The notes under the pieces were generated by a model that was not told the origin of the DNA, searched no databases, and saw only the letters and a list, made by a program, of their open reading frames with translations. A program made the translations under genes and the position numbers. A stretch of DNA of 64,000 nucleotides from a virus. Positions 56,697 through 64,000 of this stretch are shown here, one piece after another (positions within the stretch are counted from its first letter, which is position 1; every line of letters starts with the position of its first letter). The stretch spans positions 30,962 through 94,961 of IMG/VR virus record IMGVR_UViG_3300049139_000178; one strand, written 5' to 3'.

Positions 56697-56767
56697 TGCT
56701 CCCGGCCGGTCACGATCCGGCACCTCCGGGTTGAGAGCCCGGCGGACATCCGTTATCCCACGGGAGC
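56697..56767 (-). tRNA. tRNA-like cloverleaf, anticodon CTC (Glu), atypical T-loop
   Basis: GCTCCCG/CGGGAGC acceptor; TG; GGAT/GTCC D-stem with AACGGAT loop; CCGGG/CCCGG with CTCTCAA loop; AGGT; GCCGG/CCGGC with ATCGTGA loop; discriminator A; CCA not encoded. Confidence 0.7.
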
Positions 56768-56801
56768 GGGTTGGGGCCGAACGGCCCCGAGGCGGCGCTG
56801 G

Positions 56802-57074
56802 TCAGTTGCTCGCGGCGATTCGGTGCTGTTCCTCCACGCCGACGCGGGAGACGGTCAGCAGGGCCTCGCCCTCGGGGCAGTCCGGGCGGTCGTCGCGGCG
56901 GCAGTCGGCGCACTCCTTCACGTGCGTCTGGTAGTCGGAGAACGCGCCGTAGTACGGCAGGGCCGGCACCAGCTTCACTTCGCCGGTGACGAGGCTGTCC
57001 AGACCGACCTGCCCCTCGGCCTCGGCCGCGTCCTGCATGTCCGCGAGGTCCCACCTCGTCCAGATCGTCCGCAT
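56802..57074 (-). CDS. small His/Cys protein
   Basis: H...CADC...DC; GACCAAGGAATCGAGGAA leader. Confidence 0.7.
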   Translation of the reverse strand: MRTIWTRWDLADMQDAAEAEGQVGLDSLVTGEVKLVPALPYYGAFSDYQTHVKECADCRRDDRPDCPEGEALLTVSRVGVEEQHRIAASN

Positions 57075-57109
57075 GGCTTCCTCGATTCCTTGGTCAGTGG
57101 TGCAGCGAG

Positions 57110-57179
57110 TGCTCCCGGCCGGTCGTGACCCGGCGCCTCCGGGCCGGTGGCCTGGCGGACTTCGTTATCCCACGGAAGC
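57110..57179 (-). ncRNA. degenerate tRNA-like paralog (anticodon-position ACC)
   Basis: Same four stems as 56697-56767 with changed loops (CCACCGG, GTCACGA); one G-U pair in the acceptor and one mismatch in the anticodon stem. Confidence 0.55.
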
Positions 57180-57210
57180 GGGTTGGGACCGAACGGCCCC
57201 GGTGATGCGG

Positions 57211-57492
57211 TCAGTCGGCGATCTGGACGCCGGGCCAGTAGACGGTGAACACCCCGTCACGGGTCGACATGGTTGCCTTATTTGCCAGATCCAGGGCGTC
57301 TTCCGCACGGCCGTCGTCGGCGAGGACCAGTTCGAGGTAGTCCATGAACGGGATCAGGTGGGCATGGTCCATGCAGACTCCGGATCCAGAGGCGAGGTCC
57401 CAGCCCCGGTAGTCGTCGCGGACGGTGTAGTCGTTCTCGTCCAGGCCGGCCTCTTCGGCGGCTCTGACGATGTCCTGGCGGGAAAGCTGCAT
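57211..57492 (-). CDS. hypothetical protein
   Basis: MQLSRQDI...VYWPGV; first gene after the minus-strand promoter. Confidence 0.7.
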   Translation of the reverse strand: MQLSRQDIVRAAEEAGLDENDYTVRDDYRGWDLASGSGVCMDHAHLIPFMDYLELVLADDGRAEDALDLANKATMSTRDGVFTVYWPGVQIAD

Positions 57493-57539
57493 GGTCGGTC
57501 CCTCGTTTCTCGGTTTGCCAGCCAAGTTATCCGGCTGAT

Positions 57540-57574
57540 GACTTAATTAAATCATAGGTGCTCGATCGAGGCAA
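57540..57574 (-). promoter_or_regulatory. conserved promoter/operator copy
   Basis: Minus strand TTGCCT-12 nt-TATGATTTAATTAAGTC. Confidence 0.75.
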
Positions 57575-57654
57575 TACCGGCGACCCTTCGGATCCGGACC
57601 GGCCGGCGCTCGCTACGCTCTGCCCCAGACCACCGACCGAGGAACGAGGCACAC

Positions 57655-58335
57655 ATGACTCCACCACCACGGCTGCCCGTCGAGGGCAAGCGCATCGGCA
57701 TCATCGGCAAGGGTGGGAGCGGCAAGTCCACCGCATGGGCCCACGTGCTCGCCTACTACGGGTCCACCGGAGTACCGGCCATCGGCCAGGACGCCGATGA
57801 GCCCGGCGAGAAGGAGAAGGGGAGCCTCCTCACCTGGAGTGAGAAGGTCGACCTGGGGGTCCCGGTCTACCGCGCCCCGGCCGCACCGAGGATCGGGGAG
57901 GAGGCACGCCGGCTCACCCCTCCGCACGGGCTCTGCCTCATCGATACCGGTGCCTGGGACCGGCGCAGCGGGAACACCCATTTCGCCGTTCTGGCGAACG
58001 TCGACCTGTGCGTGTTCGCCCTGCCGCCCACTCCGATGGAGATGGAACGCGCCGGCTCCGTGCTGCGGGCGTACAAACAGATGCAGGACTTCGGCCTCAC
58101 TCCGCCGCGCACGGTGTTCCTGCTGACCCTGGTCAACCCGAACCCCAACACAGCGTCCATCGGGGAGACCCGGGACGACCTGACGAATGCCGGATTCCAG
58201 GTGCTGAAGACCACGATCCCCCGCAAGGACGGCCGGGGAAGCTACGCACAGTCCTTCGGCACCCGGCCAGACGTCAAGCCCGGCAGCCCCATGGCCCGGC
58301 TCGGAGACGAGCTGCTGCGGGAGGTGTCTCTGTGA
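57655..58335 (+). CDS. parA: ParA-family partition ATPase
   Basis: KGGSGKST deviant Walker A, DAD, IDTG, PTPMEMER, LLTLV. Confidence 0.85.
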   Translation: MTPPPRLPVEGKRIGIIGKGGSGKSTAWAHVLAYYGSTGVPAIGQDADEPGEKEKGSLLTWSEKVDLGVPVYRAPAAPRIGEEARRLTPPHGLCLIDTGAWDRRSGNTHFAVLANVDLCVFALPPTPMEMERAGSVLRAYKQMQDFGLTPPRTVFLLTLVNPNPNTASIGETRDDLTNAGFQVLKTTIPRKDGRGSYAQSFGTRPDVKPGSPMARLGDELLREVSL

Positions 58336-59147
58336 GCCCCACTCAGCAGCGCACCGACCGTACCGCCTTGTTGCTGGGGGAGCGGGCGCTGGGCGGCGAC
58401 GATGACACGGTCAACCCTCTGCTGCCCGCCGAGAAGCCCGACCCGTTCGCCCCGAAGGTGCTCGACCCTGCGTCCGTCACCGGCACCGCCGAGGAACGCC
58501 TGGCCGCGTTCGAAGCGGCTATTGACGAGGCGAAGGAGACCGCCGGCAACTCGCTCAAGGCGGCCCGCGCCCGGTTCGTCGTGGAAGCTGGGACGGCCCT
58601 GCGCGCGATCCGCGATGAGGACGGCGGACTCTACAAAGGCTCGTACGCGACGTTCGAGGAGTACATTGCCAAGCGCTGGGACATGGACCGCTCCCGCGCG
58701 TACCAGCTCATCGACGCCGCCCCGGCCATGGTCCTGATGTCTAAAATTTTCGACACAGCGCCCGTGGAGTCACAGGCCCGCGTGCTCGCTCCGGTCCTGG
58801 AGGCCCACGGCGAGGAGGCCGTGCGCGAGGTCGTCGTAGCGGTCAAGCAGACCGGGGCGAAGGTGACGGCCGCCGCCATCAGGGAAGCGGCCCATCGGCT
58901 TCACTACATTCCGGACCCGGCGCCGGCTCCGGAGGATGCCCCCGCTGACCTCCCGACTGAGCACACCCCGCAGGAGGCCCTGGCCATCGTCCGGCTGGAG
59001 CAGGGCCTGGCCGCACTGCGCGTCGCGCACAAGGCGCTGCGCGGCACGGTCGTCCCCGACGCCCTGGCCGCCGACCACGAGCGCGGCCTGGAGCTGGCAA
59101 AGCAGGTGGCATCCCTCGCCGCGAAGATCGGCCGTCTCACGCCGTGA
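58332..59147 (+). CDS. ParA-associated DNA-binding protein (putative centromere-binding partner)
   Basis: GTGA-coupled to parA; G.AL.AIRD..LY...TFEEY..RW....RAYQLI helical HTH-like region. Confidence 0.65.
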   Translation: MSPTQQRTDRTALLLGERALGGDDDTVNPLLPAEKPDPFAPKVLDPASVTGTAEERLAAFEAAIDEAKETAGNSLKAARARFVVEAGTALRAIRDEDGGLYKGSYATFEEYIAKRWDMDRSRAYQLIDAAPAMVLMSKIFDTAPVESQARVLAPVLEAHGEEAVREVVVAVKQTGAKVTAAAIREAAHRLHYIPDPAPAPEDAPADLPTEHTPQEALAIVRLEQGLAALRVAHKALRGTVVPDALAADHERGLELAKQVASLAAKIGRLTP

Positions 59148-59218
59148 GCGGATCCCTTCCGACCACCACCTGCCAGGCGTACGGTGATTTAAGGAAATCA
59201 GACCAAGGAGGACGGCCG

Positions 59219-59449
59219 ATGGACCGGTTCAGGGTGACGCTCGAATTCCCCGATGACCGCTGTGCCCGGGGGATCGCCGTGAACGCGGCGGATGTCCAGC
59301 AGGCGGAGGTCGCTGCCGTTGCGAACTGGGACGAACGCAAGTACGCCGAGAGCCCCGGGCCGACGGCCTTCTACAGGGTGTCCAAGGTGGAGAGGAAGGT
59401 GCCCCGGCCCTTCAGGCGCGCCCGGTGGGTGACCGAGGTCGCGTATTGA
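59219..59449 (+). CDS. hypothetical protein in a single-gene cassette
   Basis: GATTTAAGGAAATC (59186) + GACCAAGGAGGA leader; terminator follows. Confidence 0.6.
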   Translation: MDRFRVTLEFPDDRCARGIAVNAADVQQAEVAAVANWDERKYAESPGPTAFYRVSKVERKVPRPFRRARWVTEVAY

Positions 59450-59460
59450 CCGACCGTGAC

Positions 59461-59508
59461 GACACGACGAAGCCCCGGGACCAGGACGGCTCCGGGGCTT
59501 CGGTGTGT
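59461..59508. terminator. GAAGCCCCGG-family bidirectional terminator
   Basis: CACGACGAAGCCCCGG...CCGGGGCTTCGGTGTG. Confidence 0.7.
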
Positions 59509-59514
59509 TCGGGA

Positions 59515-59763
59515 TCAGCGCTCGACGTGCTGGAGTTCCTGCACCTTCCACGGGTCGGTGTGCGACAGCTTCATGAGGTCGCCGAACGTCCACCTCTGCT
59601 CCCGGGCCTTCTCCCAGATGCGCTGCGGGTTGTAGAAGGCCACCCCGAGGAGCTGCGGCAGACGTTCGCACCACCCAGCCATGGCCGCCGCGTCGTCGCA
59701 CTGTCCGATGCCCTGCCGCTTGGACCTCTTCAGCGCCACCTCGTACGTGTCGTCCACGGTCAC
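59515..59763 (-). CDS. hypothetical protein
   Basis: GGAGGAG RBS, coupled start. Confidence 0.65.
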   Translation of the reverse strand: MTVDDTYEVALKRSKRQGIGQCDDAAAMAGWCERLPQLLGVAFYNPQRIWEKAREQRWTFGDLMKLSHTDPWKVQELQHVER

Positions 59764-60191
59764 TCCTCCCCAGCGAGCTGCTTGAGCGACTCGACGGCCG
59801 CGTAGTCCACAGCCGCGAACTCGTCGCCCTTGGACGCCATCTCGTCCTCGGCCAGATCCAGGGCGTAGCGCAGCATCGCGCGCTCAGCGGAGTTCAGGCC
59901 CGGCCGAACCCCGGTCGACGTCACGTGGACCAGCGGCTTGGTGTGGCCGGGCGTGCCGAGCTGCTCGCGGCCGACGCACCACGAACACCCCTCCACGATC
60001 AGCCCGACGTGCTCTGTCTCGTGCAGCGCCTTGATGTGCGTGCACGGCGTGAGGGCGGGCACGCGGCTCAGCACCGTGTCGCGGTGCCGGTCAATTAGGG
60101 CCTGCGCTTCGTGCCGGTCCTCGCCGGCCTTCCGCAGCAGTACGTACAGTTCGACATCGGCGGCGATCTGTTCACCGGGTCCGTTGCTCAT
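59760..60191 (-). CDS. hypothetical protein
   Basis: Coupled operon ORF. Confidence 0.6.
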   Translation of the reverse strand: MSNGPGEQIAADVELYVLLRKAGEDRHEAQALIDRHRDTVLSRVPALTPCTHIKALHETEHVGLIVEGCSWCVGREQLGTPGHTKPLVHVTSTGVRPGLNSAERAMLRYALDLAEDEMASKGDEFAAVDYAAVESLKQLAGEE

Positions 60192-60772
60192 CGCCCCTCG
60201 TTCCCGTGGTCATCGGTCAGCCCCGCCTGTACGGCGAGGCACTCTTCACAGACGGCGATGCCGTCCGGTGTCGGACCCAGAATCTTGCAGAGCGTGACCC
60301 CGCACAGGGCCACCCCCTCGGCGGCGTACGGCGCGTCCCACTTCTCGTCCACGATGTGCGCGCGGATCCGGTGACCGGTGTCTCCGTAGCGCATCGGCTT
60401 CGGCAGCTCCAGCAGCGCCGGGTCCCAGCCGTCCGGCAGGTTCTCGGCGAGCAGCTCTGTGAGCCAGTCGGGCCGGGCCACGTAGCCGCGCGGGCCGTCG
60501 TTGCGCTCCTTCTCCCACCCGATGATCGTGATGGGCTTACCGACCGCCCCGGACTTCAGCCGCCGAGGTCCGACCACGGCGACGTAGGCCGATGCGCGGT
60601 TGCCGCGCGGGGTGCCTTCGTCCAGCCGCAGGGTGATCTCGACACGAGCCGGGAGGATCACGCGACCGTTCGACGGGTCGGTGAGTGCGTCCGTACGGGG
60701 CCGGGCGACCGGGACCACCACGGTCGTCTCAGTCGCCCGGCTGTATTCGTCGGGCAAGAAGTCGATGGTCAT
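60188..60772 (-). CDS. hypothetical protein with C-terminal Zn finger
   Basis: GACCACGGAAACGAGGAG leader; H...ALCG...C..C. Confidence 0.65.
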   Translation of the reverse strand: MTIDFLPDEYSRATETTVVVPVARPRTDALTDPSNGRVILPARVEITLRLDEGTPRGNRASAYVAVVGPRRLKSGAVGKPITIIGWEKERNDGPRGYVARPDWLTELLAENLPDGWDPALLELPKPMRYGDTGHRIRAHIVDEKWDAPYAAEGVALCGVTLCKILGPTPDGIAVCEECLAVQAGLTDDHGNEGR

Positions 60773-60808
60773 GCTCTCCTCGTTTCCGTGGTCGTCGGCG
60801 GTCTGTCG

Positions 60809-60906
60809 TGGTGGGCCCGCCCGGAGTCGAACCGGGGGCCCCGCAGAGCGCGTGGGAACCGACCAAGGTTCGCGCTCGGATGCGGGGCTGCCGCGCTGCG
60901 GGGCCC
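60809..60906 (-). ncRNA. 98-nt tRNA-like RNA shaped like a tmRNA tRNA-like domain, ending in ACCA
   Basis: GGGCCC/GGGCCC acceptor + ACCA; canonical T-arm CCCGG-TTCGACT-CCGGG; no D-stem; 8+7+4-bp long helix capped by TTGGTC; fully intergenic. Confidence 0.75.
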
Positions 60907-60945
60907 TCGTTGGCCGGGATCACGGCTCCCGGCCGGCCGTCGTGC

Positions 60946-61077
60946 TCATGCGTCTTCGTCGGGCCGGTACTCGTGGCGCCCCGGTGAGGCGAACAGGTAC
61001 CCACACAAGTCACAGGTCCCGTCGTGGTGTTCACTCTTAGGGTGCCCGCACTCGGCACACGGTTTGGCTTTCGTCAT
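60946..61077 (-). CDS. 43-aa Zn-finger micro-protein
   Basis: MTKAKPCAECGHPKSEH...CDLC...H; GACCACGGAAGTGAGGAG leader. Confidence 0.6.
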   Translation of the reverse strand: MTKAKPCAECGHPKSEHHDGTCDLCGYLFASPGRHEYRPDEDA

Positions 61078-61099
61078 CACTCGCTCCTCACTTCCGTGG

Positions 61100-61282
61100 T
61101 CACAGGTTCAGGATGTTCTCGGCGCGGCACTGCGCGCAGTCCTTCAGGTTGTCCGGGTGGACGGAGCCCCATGCGTCCATGTGGTCGCGAGTATCGTCCG
61201 GCTGGAAGGCCGTGCCCTCCAGGAAGCCGCGCTCCGAAGTTCCATCGGGGCCGTAGTGCCAGCCGTCGTCCATGGCGGTCAC
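61100..61282 (-). CDS. small hypothetical protein
   Basis: H...H...CAQC; coupled to the DUF262 gene stop. Confidence 0.55.
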   Translation of the reverse strand: MTAMDDGWHYGPDGTSERGFLEGTAFQPDDTRDHMDAWGSVHPDNLKDCAQCRAENILNL

Positions 61283-61863
61283 AGCCCGGCCACCCGCGCC
61301 GCGTTGGCCATGTCGTCGCTCGTCTGCTGCGTGCCGCCGCCGTTGACCAACAGGTAGAACCGGGCCTCATCGGCCTCGGTCGCGCAGTCGCTGATCTCGG
61401 CGACCATGAACCCGCACCGGCGCTTCACGAAGATGCTGCCCTTCCGGGTTAGGCCTGTGAAACGGACGTACGGGCCGTCGTCGGTGTCCTCGGTCTCAGC
61501 CACGTAGTTGTCGGGCATCCACGAGGCTGGTACGGCGAACTCGCCGGCGAACCACGCCATGGCCGTAGTCAAGCGCTGTTTGCCGTCGACCACGGCCCAG
61601 ATGCCCAGGCCCGTCTCGTACGGGTCCCCGTTGCTCCAGAGGTCGGTGCCCCGGTTGGAGAGGATGACGACACCGGCGGGCAGGCCGCGCAGCCACGACT
61701 CCACGAGCGCGATGCGCTGGTCCAGCGTCCACACGCTGCCACGCTGGTACGGCGGGTCCAGCAGCAGGGACCCGTCCTTGAGGTTCTGTACCTGGCCCCA
61801 CGCCTCGCGGTACGTCGGGTTCAGGTTGGTGTGCTCCAACGGGGCGGCGGTCTGCCTGGTCAT
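61279..61863 (-). CDS. stand-alone DUF262 (GmrSD N-terminal/ParB-like) protein
   Basis: PPYQRGSVW, LVESWLRGLP, VVDGKQRLTT, FY..NGGG. Confidence 0.85.
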   Translation of the reverse strand: MTRQTAAPLEHTNLNPTYREAWGQVQNLKDGSLLLDPPYQRGSVWTLDQRIALVESWLRGLPAGVVILSNRGTDLWSNGDPYETGLGIWAVVDGKQRLTTAMAWFAGEFAVPASWMPDNYVAETEDTDDGPYVRFTGLTRKGSIFVKRRCGFMVAEISDCATEADEARFYLLVNGGGTQQTSDDMANAARVAGL

Positions 61864-61907
61864 GGTCGGTTCCTCGTTTCTGTGATCGGCGTGCAGTGTC
61901 TGAAGTC

Positions 61908-62540
61908 CTACGGGGTCCGGCGCTGGGCGACGAACTCGGCCGCGTTGAGCGCGACGAACTGCCCGCGCGGGCCGGCGGGGCCGACGGCCGACCACACACC
62001 GCACGACTCGCCCGTGACCGCGTGCGGGACGGGCGCCAGCGTCCAGTCGATACCGTTCGCTTCCACGGTCACGGTGCCGTCCGGCTGCGCGGTGGGCTCC
62101 AGCCCCTTCGCCCGGAGGGCCTTGACGAGCGGCTCCGATTCCCCGGACGGGGCAGGGGTCTGCTCGGTCTGGCCGGCCCGCACCGCGAGCTGATGGAAGG
62201 CAGCGCGGTCGGCGGCGTCGAGCGGCTGACCGTCTGTCACGTCGTCCTCGCAGTCGCGACACACAGTCGGCTGCTCGGAGTCGCGGACCTCCGTAGCCCA
62301 CTTCGTCCCGCACACGACGCAGCGCTGCGGTTCGACGACCGTCGCGCCCGTCGCCCGGTCGATGACCTTGATCTCGATCTCGGCGCCGCGCGCGTTGGCC
62401 GCTTGCAGCGTCTCGATCATGGCGGCCTCGGCGGCGCCGAGCGTCCACTTCGGCGTGCGGGCCGGCTTGCCGCCGTCCCAGGCGTACACGACGGCGTACG
62501 GCATCGTCTGGCCCTTGTTGTGGCCTCCGCCTTTGCCCAT
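61908..62540 (-). CDS. hypothetical protein with CxxC pairs
   Basis: GAGGAACCGACCATG leader; first gene after the promoter. Confidence 0.65.
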   Translation of the reverse strand: MGKGGGHNKGQTMPYAVVYAWDGGKPARTPKWTLGAAEAAMIETLQAANARGAEIEIKVIDRATGATVVEPQRCVVCGTKWATEVRDSEQPTVCRDCEDDVTDGQPLDAADRAAFHQLAVRAGQTEQTPAPSGESEPLVKALRAKGLEPTAQPDGTVTVEANGIDWTLAPVPHAVTGESCGVWSAVGPAGPRGQFVALNAAEFVAQRRTP

Positions 62541-62579
62541 GGTCGGTTCCTCGTTTCCGGCCGGTCTGTCCGGCTCATT

Positions 62580-62614
62580 GATTTAATTAAATCAGAAAGT
62601 CCCGGGGCGCACAA
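62580..62614 (-). promoter_or_regulatory. conserved promoter/operator copy (perfect palindrome)
   Basis: Minus strand TTGTGC-12 nt-TCTGATTTAATTAAATC. Confidence 0.75.
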
Positions 62615-62646
62615 CCCCGGGACCCGATTCGATTCCTGGCCGGTCG

Positions 62647-63339
62647 TCAGCCGCGCGGCCGGCGCCGCACCCGGGCCAGCCAGTCCACCGTGACGAACGT
62701 CGTCAACGGGCCGGTGTTTCCGTCGTCGCTCAACCACACCGCGTCCGCGAGCGGGAAACGCAGGCCGTCCACGAACTCACCGTAGTTATTGCCGTGCCGG
62801 TCCATGATGCGGCCCTCGCCGGTCACAGTGCCGCGCACGGTGACGGTCAGCGCCTTGCCCCGCTCCACGGAGAGCCCACGGAACCCCCGCCAGCCGCAGA
62901 TGTTCCGAGAGCCGAGCACGACGTACCGGAAACTAATCTCGTCGCCGATCTCGATCTCGCTCGGCTTCACCGATTCGGTGTACCCGCCCGCATCTTCCCG
63001 GGCGACGTACGCGGCCTGTTCGGCCTTCACGGTCTCCTGCTGCTCCACGTAGTGGGCGCAGAACCCGTGCGGGTCGGCCGCCGGGACGGCTGCCAGGGCC
63101 CGCGTCACGGCGTCGCCCAGCGAGACCCCACGGGCCTTGAGGAAGGCGCCGAGGGCGGGCTTCAGCCCGTCCTTATCTACGCCCCAGGGGAAGTCAGGCA
63201 CCCCGGCGGCGATGGCGTCCCGGGCGGCGACGGCCGCCTTGCGGCTGGGTAGGGAGTAGGTGGTGACGTGGATGCCGGCGGGCACGGTGACGACGTGCCA
63301 CTCACCGCGCTTCTCCGAGCGGATGTCCAGGTTGCTCAT
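62647..63339 (-). CDS. hypothetical protein
   Basis: GACCAAGGAACGAGGAACCGACCATG leader. Confidence 0.7.
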   Translation of the reverse strand: MSNLDIRSEKRGEWHVVTVPAGIHVTTYSLPSRKAAVAARDAIAAGVPDFPWGVDKDGLKPALGAFLKARGVSLGDAVTRALAAVPAADPHGFCAHYVEQQETVKAEQAAYVAREDAGGYTESVKPSEIEIGDEISFRYVVLGSRNICGWRGFRGLSVERGKALTVTVRGTVTGEGRIMDRHGNNYGEFVDGLRFPLADAVWLSDDGNTGPLTTFVTVDWLARVRRRPRG

Positions 63340-63371
63340 GGTCGGTTCCTCGTTCCTTGGTCAATGGTGGG

Positions 63372-63572
63372 TCAGGACGTGACGGCCGGGGCGGTCAGCT
63401 TCCGCAGCCCGAGGTACAGGCCCCGGTCGAGCCCGTTGGAGTAGGTCCGCTGCACGATGACGAGGGCCCGGTCATACGGCACGCCGAGGCCGGTCAGCTC
63501 GGCTATCGCCGCCTCCTTCTGGTCCTGCGCGGCGGTGAACCCGGGATCTGTGATGCGGTCCTGCTTCGTCAC
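63372..63572 (-). CDS. hypothetical protein
   Basis: GAGAGGA RBS. Confidence 0.6.
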   Translation of the reverse strand: MTKQDRITDPGFTAAQDQKEAAIAELTGLGVPYDRALVIVQRTYSNGLDRGLYLGLRKLTAPAVTS

Positions 63573-63698
63573 GGTCGGTCGTCCTCTCTGAGGCCCCGTC
63601 GGCCGGCACGGATCATACGGCCGGAGCGGGGAATCGCTTCCTTGATTCCTTGGTCAGGTGGTGCAGGACCCCGGCGCGGCGGCCGGGGCCCGGGTGGG

Positions 63699-63881
63699 TC
63701 AGTCCGCCAGCGTGACGCTGCGGATAGAGCCGTTGTGAGAGGCGCTGGAGGACCGGACGGCTTCGCGCACGTAGGCCCGAGCGGCCTCCCGGACCCCGCC
63801 TTCACGTTCGACCGCGAGCGGGTATCTGTCCTTCATCTGCTCCGGGTCGACTTCCAGCGTGAGCACGACGCGCACCTTCAT
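63699..63881 (-). CDS. hypothetical protein
   Basis: MKVRVVLTLEVDP; GAGGA RBS. Confidence 0.6.
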   Translation of the reverse strand: MKVRVVLTLEVDPEQMKDRYPLAVEREGGVREAARAYVREAVRSSSASHNGSIRSVTLAD

Positions 63882-63945
63882 GATCAGTCCTCGTCTTCCT
63901 GGGGTTCGTTGGTGTCCTCGCAGTCGGCTGCGCAGCCCTCGCACT

Positions 63946-63988
<43 letters not shown>

Positions 63989-64000
63989 TGAGGAACGACC

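Noticed and set aside
60809-60906. A bona fide tmRNA or standard tRNA-Pro
   Set aside because: No mRNA-like domain, pseudoknots or G3-U70 pair; no D-stem or canonical 7-nt anticodon loop. Kept as a tRNA-like ncRNA.

Overview
The whole window is a GC-rich actinobacterial (probably Streptomyces) temperate siphovirus or phage-plasmid genome, with no recognisable host housekeeping genes. Left to right: (1) an SF2 helicase cut by the window edge and a single 1456-aa primase + D5/SF3 helicase + family A DNA polymerase fusion; (2) a six-gene thymidine hypermodification locus (ParB-like, amino acid:DNA transferase, SAM methyltransferase-like, PLP enzyme, P-loop kinase, TET/JBP dioxygenase) next to terS; (3) an NDP-sugar dehydratase, a secreted Rpf-NlpC/P60-LysM protein and terL; (4) accessory islands with a DEDD exonuclease, a tyrosine recombinase, a GntR regulator and a two-core graspetide RiPP precursor with its ATP-grasp ligase; (5) the virion module (portal, 2H-phosphoesterase/MuF/protease fusion, two capsid proteins, tail genes, tape measure); (6) lysis genes, a glycosyltransferase, WhiB, ParA with partner, and a leftward arm of small genes. 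The non-coding DNA is highly structured. It has nine copies of a fixed-spacing promoter/operator, about 20 copies of a start-associated motif GACCAAGGAR, a family of related terminators, two copies of an 83-bp palindromic origin-like element (one inside the polymerase gene) and three tRNA-like elements. One tRNA-like element has the shape of a tmRNA tRNA-like domain and a loop antisense to the start-associated motif. All functional calls come from motifs recognised by eye; no database searches were run.
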